A stretch of 64,000 nucleotides of DNA from positions 18,701-82,700 of the forward strand of contig CALEHW010000046.1 in assembly GCA_937877715.1 (NCBI GenBank), read 5' to 3'. Source of the stretch: an uncultured Methylophaga sp. (GTDB lineage Bacteria > Pseudomonadota > Gammaproteobacteria > GCF-002020875). This document shows, in pieces, positions 53,157-64,000 of the stretch. Each line of letters opens with the position of its first letter. The stretch's first letter is position 1. The position numbers and the translations under genes are program-made. Below the pieces are notes generated by a model. It worked only from the letters and a program-made list of their open reading frames with translations, did not search any database and was not told where the DNA came from.

Positions 53157-53704
53157 ACAGCGACAAGGTTGAGGAAGACGATTCAACCCTGTTCAGTAAG
53201 ATGACTAGAGGGGTTCGTCCTCTCAACAAGACAGATCGCGCTGATCTCTCCACCCAGAGACTACCCCCACACACCAACAACAGAGAAGATGGCGACAACA
53301 ACCTGGCGGGATACGACAGCACCATACCTCTGGAAATTGTGGAGCCTGAGGAGATCCTCTTCTATCTGCGCAATCAGCTGCCACACTCAACCCTACGCAA
53401 ATTCAGAAGAGGTGAGCTCTGCTCCTCCATGGAGCTAGATCTGCACGGCCTGAACAGTGCCGAGGCTGCCACAGAGTTGCAACACTTTATCGATGAAGCA
53501 ATTCGCCACGAGATGCGCTGTTTTCTCCTGATTCACGGCAAGGGTAGAAGCTCCAGCAGCCAGCTCCCGATTCTTAAGAGCAGGGTCAACCAGTGGCTGC
53601 GCCAGCGAGAAGAGATTATTGCGTTCTGTTCTGCCCGCCAACGAGATGGCGGCAGTGGGGCGCTCTATGTCTTGCTGAAACGTAATCGTTCATCCTCTGA
53701 CTGA
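53153..53704 (+). CDS. smrB: Smr-domain endonuclease (SmrB/YfcN-like)
   Basis: ELDLHGLNSAEAATELQHFI...LLIHGKG...RDGGSGALYVLLK is the Smr domain with the DLHG and HGKG motifs. Confidence 0.85.
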   Translation: MNSDKVEEDDSTLFSKMTRGVRPLNKTDRADLSTQRLPPHTNNREDGDNNLAGYDSTIPLEIVEPEEILFYLRNQLPHSTLRKFRRGELCSSMELDLHGLNSAEAATELQHFIDEAIRHEMRCFLLIHGKGRSSSSQLPILKSRVNQWLRQREEIIAFCSARQRDGGSGALYVLLKRNRSSSD

Positions 53705-53733
53705 AATTCTTGTTCGATGTATTGGCAACGCCT

Positions 53734-54780
53734 CTAAGGAGAGAAAGGGGTCACAAACTCCCGCAACAATACCGTGGCATAACTACCCGAGGGGAGCCAA
53801 AAACAGAGCTCCAGATCATCCTGCTGCAGCCACCGCCAGCTCATCTTCTCAGGAATCAGGCGTAGTGCGCGGCGATCCTGTGACAGGCCAGCATACTCCA
53901 GTCCATTACAGAGCTCGCCCAGACCGGAGACTGCAGACTCCTCAAATGTCCTCGCCTCCCCTGTAGAGTCCAGGCGCCCCCTCCCCCACAGTGGCGCACT
54001 TGGATGGATATCATGGTCGGCAATTCTGCGCAGGATCTCCTCACTCACCTCATCCTCATGGAACCAGGCACGGCTTTTTGCCAACGCATATACCTCACCC
54101 ACCAGTGGATGGTTCCAGCTTCCAGCCTCTACCCGTTTTGCACAGACCTGGTTGAAGATCTCGGAGCGAACTGCGGATAGTAGCAGCCCCCGTTCATGCC
54201 TTCCTCGGGGACGATAGTTGCGCTCAAACATCTGTAACGCACGCGCCACATTTGCGCCTCCTCGTCCAAATCGCTGCTCTCCAAAATAGTTTGGCGCTCC
54301 ATCGCACCGAATCTGCTCCAGGCGCTGCTCAAGCAGTTCACGATCGCCCTCTACCTGACGCAAAACCAGTTGGAAATAATTCCCCTTGAGCGCACCCTTG
54401 CGGATCTTTTTTGCATGCTCATGAACCTGCAAAACCCTAAGATGCTCTCCTTCTGCATGCTCACCCCTCTCCAACTCATACCAGTCCACAACCTCCTTGC
54501 CGGCAACATCTACCGAGAACCATTGCCGAGTAATAGCAAAACGGTCTTTCAGCCCAGCCAGCCCCACATCACGCCGCTTAGCCCCAACATGCTTTGCCAA
54601 CAGAGTGGCGACACGGTCACTATTCATATTGCGTTTCTCGATCTCAACCATCCGGTGCTGACCCTCGCCAGAGGGAGCAAACCCCAGATCCTCGATCACC
54701 CGAAAATCCTCGGGGCAACTGCGTATAAATGCAGAGCCAACTGGGGCGCCGTGAGCAAAAGGTAGTAGATGTTGCGACAT
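53734..54780 (-). CDS. truD: tRNA pseudouridine(13) synthase
   Basis: PEDFRVIE, GLAGLKDRFAITRQWFS (catalytic Asp) and NYFGEQRFG. Confidence 0.93.
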   Translation of the reverse strand: MSQHLLPFAHGAPVGSAFIRSCPEDFRVIEDLGFAPSGEGQHRMVEIEKRNMNSDRVATLLAKHVGAKRRDVGLAGLKDRFAITRQWFSVDVAGKEVVDWYELERGEHAEGEHLRVLQVHEHAKKIRKGALKGNYFQLVLRQVEGDRELLEQRLEQIRCDGAPNYFGEQRFGRGGANVARALQMFERNYRPRGRHERGLLLSAVRSEIFNQVCAKRVEAGSWNHPLVGEVYALAKSRAWFHEDEVSEEILRRIADHDIHPSAPLWGRGRLDSTGEARTFEESAVSGLGELCNGLEYAGLSQDRRALRLIPEKMSWRWLQQDDLELCFWLPSGSYATVLLREFVTPFSP

Positions 54781-54798
54781 GAATATTGGATCTGTTAC

Positions 54799-55278
54799 TT
54801 ATGCAACTTTAGGGACAATTAATACTACCGCATGTGCCGCAATACCTTCACTTCGGCCGACAAACCCGAGATGCTCTGTTGTAGTGGCCTTCACGCTCAC
54901 CCGGCCAAGTGAGCTCTCCAAATCCTCTGCCAGCAGCTGTCGCATTGCAACTACATGGTCGGTCAGCTTGGGCTTCTGTGCAATAATAGTGAGATCAACA
55001 TTGCCGATCTTGTACCCCTCTGCATTAACCCTGGAAACCACCTCTCTAAGAAAAATCCTGCTATCCATATCCCGATATTCTGGATCTCTGTCAGGAAATA
55101 GCTGCCCAATATCACCCAGCGCGGTCGCACCCAGCAGAGCATCACAGAGTGCATGAATGGCCACATCACCATCGGAGTGCGCCTTGAATCCCCTGCTGTA
55201 CGGAACCGTTACTCCGCAAAGTACCAGGTGATCGCCATCCTCGAATGCGTGGACATCAAAACCGTGGCCTATCCTCAT
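54799..55278 (-). CDS. ispF: 2-C-methyl-D-erythritol 2,4-cyclodiphosphate synthase
   Basis: [18 protein letters not shown] and ATTTE. Start at the ATG at 55278, which shares one nucleotide with the ispD TGA. Confidence 0.95.
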   Translation of the reverse strand: MRIGHGFDVHAFEDGDHLVLCGVTVPYSRGFKAHSDGDVAIHALCDALLGATALGDIGQLFPDRDPEYRDMDSRIFLREVVSRVNAEGYKIGNVDLTIIAQKPKLTDHVVAMRQLLAEDLESSLGRVSVKATTTEHLGFVGRSEGIAAHAVVLIVPKVA

Positions 55279-56000
55279 CAACCCTCCCCTCTCTCTCGAC
55301 GCAAGATCTCTTCTGCAAGCAGAATATCCCCAGGATGGGTAATTTTCATATTGCCAGCATCCCCGTGAACCAGCTGCGGCCTCAGCCCAAGGCGCTCAAT
55401 GGCTTGGGAATCATCAGTTACGGCAACCTCATTCGCAACACTCTGCTGCAACGCCTCACGCAATGCTCCAAGACGAAACATCTGCGGGGTTAGTGCCCGC
55501 CACAGGGTCGCACGATCTATAGTCTCCACAATATCCAGGCCAGAATCCGAACGTTTTATGGTGTCCGCCAGGGGAGCGGCAAGAACTCCTCCTACTGGAT
55601 GGTCCCACAACTCATGAACCATCTTTTCAAGAGCATCACCACTCAGGCAGGGGCGTGCCGCGTCATGGACCAGCACCCAATCAGATTCGGAGCCATGTTG
55701 TAGCAACACCTCCAGGCAGTTGAGTACGGAATCGGAGCGCTCCTTACCCCCCTCAACAACCATGATTTTTTCCGCCAAGGGAGTATCACCCCACTCAAGC
55801 TCCGGCCACCAGACATCCCCAGAGGCTACAGCCACTACCAAGCCTTGCAGCTTCTCCAGCGCCAGTAGTCGCCCGATAGCGTATTGAATAACTGTCGAGT
55901 CTGCAAGGGGAAGATACTGTTTAGGGCGCGCTGCACCCATTCGCCTACCGACTCCTGCAGCCGGCACTGCAGCCCAGATCAGCGGTCGCTCTTTTCGCAT
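55278..56000 (-). CDS. ispD: 2-C-methyl-D-erythritol 4-phosphate cytidylyltransferase
   Basis: [21 protein letters not shown] and VLVHDAARP. Confidence 0.93.
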   Translation of the reverse strand: MRKERPLIWAAVPAAGVGRRMGAARPKQYLPLADSTVIQYAIGRLLALEKLQGLVVAVASGDVWWPELEWGDTPLAEKIMVVEGGKERSDSVLNCLEVLLQHGSESDWVLVHDAARPCLSGDALEKMVHELWDHPVGGVLAAPLADTIKRSDSGLDIVETIDRATLWRALTPQMFRLGALREALQQSVANEVAVTDDSQAIERLGLRPQLVHGDAGNMKITHPGDILLAEEILRRERGEG

Positions 56001-56326
56001 CGCCCTATCTCCTCCACCCTGGAACCATCAGCAATTCTGTCATCGTCTCGGTCTGCAATCGAGGAGATGAAGATCTCTCCAGGCTTGATCATTCCAAGAT
56101 CATACCTGGCACGCTCCTCCAGTGCCTCTTTACCGCTCTTCAGATCGACCACCTCTGCCCGCAACTCCTTGTTGCAATCCTGCAGCCGCTCAACCATCTC
56201 TCTCTGCTGCAAAATGGAGGTCTCCATCTCCCAGAACTGTGGGATACCCTTCGGGGAGAGCCAGAGCTTGTACTGCAGCACCCCAAGCAGCAGAATAAGC
56301 CCGATTATAGAGAGTCGAATATTCAT
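55979..56326 (-). CDS. ftsB: Cell division protein FtsB
   Basis: N-terminal TM LSIIGLILLLGVLQYKLW, coiled coil, and GKEALEERARYDLGMIKPGE (E. coli: GQEALEERARNELSMVKPGE). Start at the ATG at 56326. Confidence 0.88.
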   Translation of the reverse strand: MNIRLSIIGLILLLGVLQYKLWLSPKGIPQFWEMETSILQQREMVERLQDCNKELRAEVVDLKSGKEALEERARYDLGMIKPGEIFISSIADRDDDRIADGSRVEEIGRCEKSDR

Positions 56327-56372
56327 GGCCGACAACACTATAGCTTTACGCCAGGCCCTGAATAGTTACCAA

Positions 56373-57689
<1,317 letters not shown>

Positions 57690-57733
57690 TCATTAATTCC
57701 GTTTTCAAACTCAACTCACACTCCTCGGTCTGA

Positions 57734-58567
57734 TTATAACCCCCAATCTACAAACCCCATCTCCTTAACTCTGGAATCTATCGCCTTCAGGGTCTCCAGC
57801 AGAGACTCCATACTGTTTAGTGGCCATGCATTTGGTCCATCACTCAGCGCCCTATCTGGATCCGGATGAGTCTCCATGAATATGCCCGATATTCCGGCCG
57901 CAACTGCAGCCCGTGCAAGCACCGGCACGAACTCACGCTGCCCACCTGAACTCCCGCCCTGCCCACCTGGAAGTTGCACGGAGTGGGTGCCATCAAAAAC
58001 CACTGGGCAACCAGTATCACGCATCACTGCCAGTGAGCGCATATCAGATACCAGGTTGTTGTAGCCGAAACTGGCCCCTCGTTCACAAGCCATGATCTGC
58101 TCATTACCGGTTGCCATAGCCTTCTCGGTTACATTCTTCATATCCCACGGAGAGAGGAACTGACCCTTTTTAATATTGACCGGCAACCCCTGCCTGGCCA
58201 CATTCTGGATAAAATTTGTCTGGCGACAGAGAAAAGCTGGGGTCTGCAATACATCAACAACCGTACAGACCTCATCCAGAGGGGTGTCTTCATGCACATC
58301 GGTCAGAACATGGACCCCAATCTGCTGCTTTACATCAGCAAGAATCTGCAACCCCTCTTCTATTCCGGGACCACGGTAACTGGAGAGTGATGTCCGGTTA
58401 GCCTTATCAAATGATGACTTGTAAATAAATGGTATATCCAGTCTGTCCGTAATCTCTTTCATCCTGCCGGCAGTATCCAGTGCCAGTTGTTTGCTCTCGA
58501 TAACACATGGTCCTGCAATCAGAAAAAGTGGCTGCTCCAGCCCTACCTCAAATCCACATAGCTTCAT
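57734..58567 (-). CDS. kdsA: 3-deoxy-8-phosphooctulonate (KDO8P) synthase
   Basis: [27 protein letters not shown] and [11 protein letters not shown]. Confidence 0.96.
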   Translation of the reverse strand: MKLCGFEVGLEQPLFLIAGPCVIESKQLALDTAGRMKEITDRLDIPFIYKSSFDKANRTSLSSYRGPGIEEGLQILADVKQQIGVHVLTDVHEDTPLDEVCTVVDVLQTPAFLCRQTNFIQNVARQGLPVNIKKGQFLSPWDMKNVTEKAMATGNEQIMACERGASFGYNNLVSDMRSLAVMRDTGCPVVFDGTHSVQLPGGQGGSSGGQREFVPVLARAAVAAGISGIFMETHPDPDRALSDGPNAWPLNSMESLLETLKAIDSRVKEMGFVDWGL

Positions 58568-58577
58568 GATCTAGGCA

Positions 58578-60239
<1,662 letters not shown>

Positions 60240-60267
60240 TTATTGTGAGTTGTTCTCATGGCTGATC

Positions 60268-60296
60268 ATTGTACCCTAGCCCCCCCCCTGTTTCAG
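60268..60296 (-). promoter_or_regulatory. Putative pyrG promoter CTGAAA-N17-TACAAT, whose spacer contains a G9 homopolymer (C9 on the plus strand, 60280-60288)
   Basis: The minus strand reads ggagCTGAAAcagggggggggctagggTACAATgatcagc, within the 111-nt tilS-pyrG gap. Confidence 0.35.
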
Positions 60297-60320
60297 CTCC
60301 TCTGGGCGGTGAATTTCACC

Positions 60321-61691
60321 TTATTCTTCCTCCAAAGGGATGTCCTCAATCCACCACCCGCTTTCACCATCCTTTGCCAAAAACGGATCACAGATGAAGT
60401 GTCCTACCACCTGCGCCAACTCGTCATCTATAAAGATGAGAGGGATCATCCCCCTCTTCCAGGGCGGCACCGAGTCCTCCCGCAACAGATTCTTCAGTGT
60501 CCTGCTCTGTTTCGCCCCGGGCAGTCGACAACGCTCACCGCCTCTTCTTGAACGGATAGTAATGGTTCTGCCATCGACAAGCTCCCTATTTATCCCTCTT
60601 CCGGCAACCTCTCTGGCCACCAGTTGCATACCCATGCCTGGGAGCCTCAAGGGACTACACAGATCCCATTCGACGGAGTATGGGGAGTCCATCTTATTGT
60701 CACCCCCTATCTCCAGATAAAGTGATCCCCGGAAACGGCGCACCCTTACCTCATCTCCATCTCGGTTACTCCAGTGCACCAGTGGGGTTGCATCCTCTCT
60801 TCCTCTGACCATCTCATCCACTATCCGCTGCAGATGAACCGTGTCCGGAACTCCCGCACCACTATGCTCCAGCCAGTGGCGGACTCTCATCTTGCTACTC
60901 TCTACAGGCTCCCCTTCCAACAGAGGAAGCGGCTCTCCAGGGGCAATGTCGATAAGCTGCTCTCTGGCCCAGCCATCAAGCAGCGAGGATGCCTCTGCAC
61001 AGTGGCTAGCGCTACGAGACAGAGTTGATGATGCAGCAGGCCAGCGCTCCTTCAAGGCCGGCATGATCTGGTGACGAATATAGTTTCTGTCAGCCGATAG
61101 CTGCCTGTTTGTGGGGTCCTCAACCCATTCCAGCTTCTCTACCCGCGCATACTCAAGCAGTGATCGACGTGAAAATGTAAGCAGCGGGCGCAACAGCCAG
61201 CCCTGGCCCAGCCCCATTACCGGACTCATCGCAGAGAGACCTCTGGGCCCCGCCCCACGCAACGCCTGCAGCAGAAATGTCTCTGCCTGGTCATCCAGAT
61301 GGTGAGCAGTAACCAGTTGATCTCCCTCCATCAACTGGTCCCGAAATGCCCTGTAACGTGCCTCCCTTGCAGACTCCTCAGGACTCCTGCCCGGCTGTGG
61401 GGTTGCATCAACAGAGATCAGGTGGAGAGGAACCCCAAGGTGCGCACAGAACTGTTGGCAATGGATCCCCCACTGCTCCGCCTCCAGCTGCAACCCGTGG
61501 TTGACATGGATTGCCTCCAGAGCTACCGACAACCTGCCATCGTCCCGCAGTCTCGAGAGTGCGTGAAGCAACACTGAGGAGTCGACACCACCACTAAAGG
61601 CAACAGTAACCACCTCTGCTGCCTGGTGTGCATCAAGAAACGGAATTAGCTTATGGGGAGTGAATATAGAATCAGGGGATAAAGTTCCCAT
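60321..61691 (-). CDS. tilS: tRNA(Ile)-lysidine synthase
   Basis: PP-loop [13 protein letters not shown] and [11 protein letters not shown], 456 aa. Confidence 0.9.
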   Translation of the reverse strand: MGTLSPDSIFTPHKLIPFLDAHQAAEVVTVAFSGGVDSSVLLHALSRLRDDGRLSVALEAIHVNHGLQLEAEQWGIHCQQFCAHLGVPLHLISVDATPQPGRSPEESAREARYRAFRDQLMEGDQLVTAHHLDDQAETFLLQALRGAGPRGLSAMSPVMGLGQGWLLRPLLTFSRRSLLEYARVEKLEWVEDPTNRQLSADRNYIRHQIMPALKERWPAASSTLSRSASHCAEASSLLDGWAREQLIDIAPGEPLPLLEGEPVESSKMRVRHWLEHSGAGVPDTVHLQRIVDEMVRGREDATPLVHWSNRDGDEVRVRRFRGSLYLEIGGDNKMDSPYSVEWDLCSPLRLPGMGMQLVAREVAGRGINRELVDGRTITIRSRRGGERCRLPGAKQSRTLKNLLREDSVPPWKRGMIPLIFIDDELAQVVGHFICDPFLAKDGESGWWIEDIPLEEE

Positions 61692-62628
61692 AGCTCATCA
61701 AGCGCTGATAACGAGTCTCCAACAACTCTTCTCTATCCATGGATGTGACCTGCTCCAGTTGGGTCAGGAGCTGTTTTTTGAGCTCCGTAGCCGCCTCGGA
61801 TGGCTCACGATGTGCCCCCCCAAGTGGCTCCTGAATGACCGCATCAATCAGGGACAACTCCTTGAGACGAGGCGCAGTCAACCCCATCGCCTCTGCCGCA
61901 TCGGATGCCTTGTCTGCATTCTTCCAGAGAATGGATGCACACCCCTCGGGAGAGATTACCGAATAGGTACTGTAGGCCATCATGTTGATTCGGTCACCAA
62001 CGCCAACAGCCAGTGCTCCACCTGATCCACCCTCGCCAATTACCGTGCAGATAATCGGAGTACGCAGACGAGCCATCACAAAGAGGTTTCTTGCAATCGC
62101 CTCACTCTGGCCACGCTCCTCGGCACCCATGCCGGGATATGCCCCAGGGGTATCAATAAAGGTGAGGATGGGAAGTCCAAAACGCTCAGCCAGACGCATG
62201 ACCCGCAACGCCTTGCGGTACCCCTCTGGACGTGGCATCCCGAAGTTGCGTCGCACCTTCTCTTTGGTATCTCTCCCTTTCTGATGCCCAATAATCACCA
62301 CGGGTTTACCATCCAGTCGAGCCATACCACAAACCAATGCCGCATCATCGGCATAAGCACGATCACCATGCAGCTCCTGAAAATCGGTGAAGATAGCCTC
62401 AATATAGTCGAGTGTGTATGGACGCTGTGGATGCCGCGACAGCTGGGAGATCTGCCATGAGCTCAGCGATGAGAAGATGGAGCGGGTCAACTCCTTGCTC
62501 TTCTCCTCCAGCTTGATTATCTCGTCACTTATATTTATCTCGCTATCGTCCCCCACGTAACGTAGCTCATCAATTTTTGCCTCCAGCTCCGCAATGGGCT
62601 GTTCAAATTCCAGAAAGTTAAGGTTCAT
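61672..62628 (-). CDS. accA: Acetyl-CoA carboxylase carboxyltransferase subunit alpha
   Basis: [33 protein letters not shown] and [10 protein letters not shown]. Confidence 0.96.
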   Translation of the reverse strand: MNLNFLEFEQPIAELEAKIDELRYVGDDSEINISDEIIKLEEKSKELTRSIFSSLSSWQISQLSRHPQRPYTLDYIEAIFTDFQELHGDRAYADDAALVCGMARLDGKPVVIIGHQKGRDTKEKVRRNFGMPRPEGYRKALRVMRLAERFGLPILTFIDTPGAYPGMGAEERGQSEAIARNLFVMARLRTPIICTVIGEGGSGGALAVGVGDRINMMAYSTYSVISPEGCASILWKNADKASDAAEAMGLTAPRLKELSLIDAVIQEPLGGAHREPSEAATELKKQLLTQLEQVTSMDREELLETRYQRLMSYGNFIP

Positions 62629-62699
62629 AATTCAGGTAGCTCTCGTCCACTGCTCGGATTCCATATCATCCCTCCCACTATACCGTAAAAAACCGCTGT

Positions 62700-64000
62700 T
62701 TAGGAGTCCGTTGCAAGGGTGGAACCACTACCATAATCCGGAGATATAGCCCCATTTCCCAGACGTTCCCTGAGCCTGCGGAACAGTGACTCGCTGGGCT
62801 GCACATTCCACTCCACCCCCAGATCAACTCTGGCAACTGCCTGTGGTTGCCGATAGTGAATCTGTACCGGACAGCTGCCCTCACAGAACGGTCTCAGCAG
62901 CTCCATCAACTCCTCAACCGGATTACCGTCAAGCTGGTGGCTATCAAGATGGATGATCAACCGTCTCATGTAGCTGGCCCTAGCACCATCCAGGCTCCAT
63001 AACTCCTCAATATTCATCTTCAGACCACCACTATAATCATCCTCGGTAACAGTCCCCCTGACAACGAGAATGGCGTCCTTCTCCAGCAGATGGCGATATT
63101 TCTCGTAAGCTTCTGCAAACAGTGTCATCTCGATTCTTCCGGTTCTGTCATCCAGAACCAGAATCGCCAATGGCTTACCAGTCCTGGTCTTGACTACACG
63201 TATTGAGACCATCAGCCCCGCAAGGGTTACCGCCTTGTCGTGATCAGAAACCAGGCTGCTCATGCGTTGGGTGATCATGTTGCCAAGCTCTTCCTCATAC
63301 TGATCTATGGGGTGCCCTGTAAGGTATAGTCCAAGAGTATCTCTTTCACCAACTAGGCGCTCATCCTCACCCCATGGATCAGACGTCTGGTAACTGACAT
63401 CTACCACGCTCTCATTCTCATCCCCCCCACCAAAAAGGTCCCACTGCCCCCTTTCCCGATCACGCAGATGCTGCTCTGCCGCCCTCATTGCATCCGGCAG
63501 GGTCTCCATCAGGGTAGAGCGCCCATCCCACAGTTTTCCACCAGAGGTGGCAACCATAATCTCATCCAGCGCACCCGCGCAAATCAGTGACTCCAGTACA
63601 CGCTTGTTGGCCTTGCGCAGATCGACTCGACGACAGAAATTAAAGATGTCACTGTAGTCACCTCCACTCTGACGCTCCTCGATAATCCCCTCAATTGCAG
63701 CTTCTCCGACCCCCTTGATGGCCCCCAAACCGTAGGCCACATCCTGGTTATTGTAGACAGTAAAACGGAATTGGCTGCGATTTATATCAGGCGGATGGAT
63801 CTCCAGCTCCATCACCCTGCACTCCTCGATCAGGGTCACAATCTTGTCGGTATTGTCCATATCGGCAGAGAGGACGGCGGCCATAAAGGGTGCCGGATAG
63901 TGCGCCTTCAGCCAGGCCGTCTGGTAGGAGACCAGAGCATAGGCTGCGGAGTGTGACTTGTTAAATCCGTAACCTGCAAACTTCTCAACCAGATCAAAAA
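62700..64000 (-). CDS. dnaE: DNA polymerase III subunit alpha, C-terminal ~433 aa (the gene continues beyond the window)
   Basis: The reading frame stays open upstream of the track start. 63885-63998 translates as FDLVEKFAGYGFNKSHSAAYALVSYQTAWLKAHYPAPFMAAVLS, the canonical DnaE motif, followed by the OB-fold/tau-binding C-terminus. Confidence 0.95.
   Translation of the reverse strand, partial: FDLVEKFAGYGFNKSHSAAYALVSYQTAWLKAHYPAPFMAAVLSADMDNTDKIVTLIEECRVMELEIHPPDINRSQFRFTVYNNQDVAYGLGAIKGVGEAAIEGIIEERQSGGDYSDIFNFCRRVDLRKANKRVLESLICAGALDEIMVATSGGKLWDGRSTLMETLPDAMRAAEQHLRDRERGQWDLFGGGDENESVVDVSYQTSDPWGEDERLVGERDTLGLYLTGHPIDQYEEELGNMITQRMSSLVSDHDKAVTLAGLMVSIRVVKTRTGKPLAILVLDDRTGRIEMTLFAEAYEKYRHLLEKDAILVVRGTVTEDDYSGGLKMNIEELWSLDGARASYMRRLIIHLDSHQLDGNPVEELMELLRPFCEGSCPVQIHYRQPQAVARVDLGVEWNVQPSESLFRRLRERLGNGAISPDYGSGSTLATDS

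Overview
This is a dense chromosomal core region of a gammaproteobacterium. Conserved gene blocks include gyrA-serC-serA-pheA-hisC-tyrA ... aroA-cmk-rpsA-ihfB-lapAB, smc-zipA-ligA, dksA/gluQ, and truD-ispF-ispD-ftsB-eno-kdsA-pyrG-tilS-accA-dnaE. The genome uses SMC-ScpAB rather than MukBEF, and a CbbY-type phosphatase hints at a Calvin-cycle autotroph. I count about 66 protein genes and recognised no rRNA, tRNA, CRISPR array, transposase or integrase.

The only clear accessory element is a ~6.2 kb type I restriction-modification operon, hsdM-hsdS-fic-hsdR. It is spliced co-directionally into the aromatic amino-acid operon, exactly between tyrA and aroA, and carries no mobility genes. Its HTH-Fic gene sits in the hsdS/hsdR slot that the anticodon nuclease PrrC occupies in EcoprrI, and it is ATGA-coupled to hsdR. 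The HsdR itself carries a triple CxxCGxxPCxC cysteine-knuckle array.

Other points worth a second look:
- a ~215 nt structured RNA region after bolA, with two hairpins displaying CCUCC (anti-Shine-Dalgarno) loops and a strong terminator;
- a 51-aa DUF2892 ORF missing from the ORF track;
- a consensus sigma70 promoter driving a 47-aa hydrophobic peptide, in an AT-rich gap inside a ubiT / radical-SAM / ubiU cluster;
- a ZipA without its transmembrane anchor;
- a TrpRS with a 4-Cys Fe-S-type motif;
- a G9 tract in the spacer of a putative pyrG promoter.

The supplied ORF track accepts GTG/TTG starts and over-extends several N-termini. I trimmed these where a conserved N-terminus, an SD sequence or ATGA/GTGA coupling supported it. 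All homology statements come from recognising motifs by eye, not from database searches.
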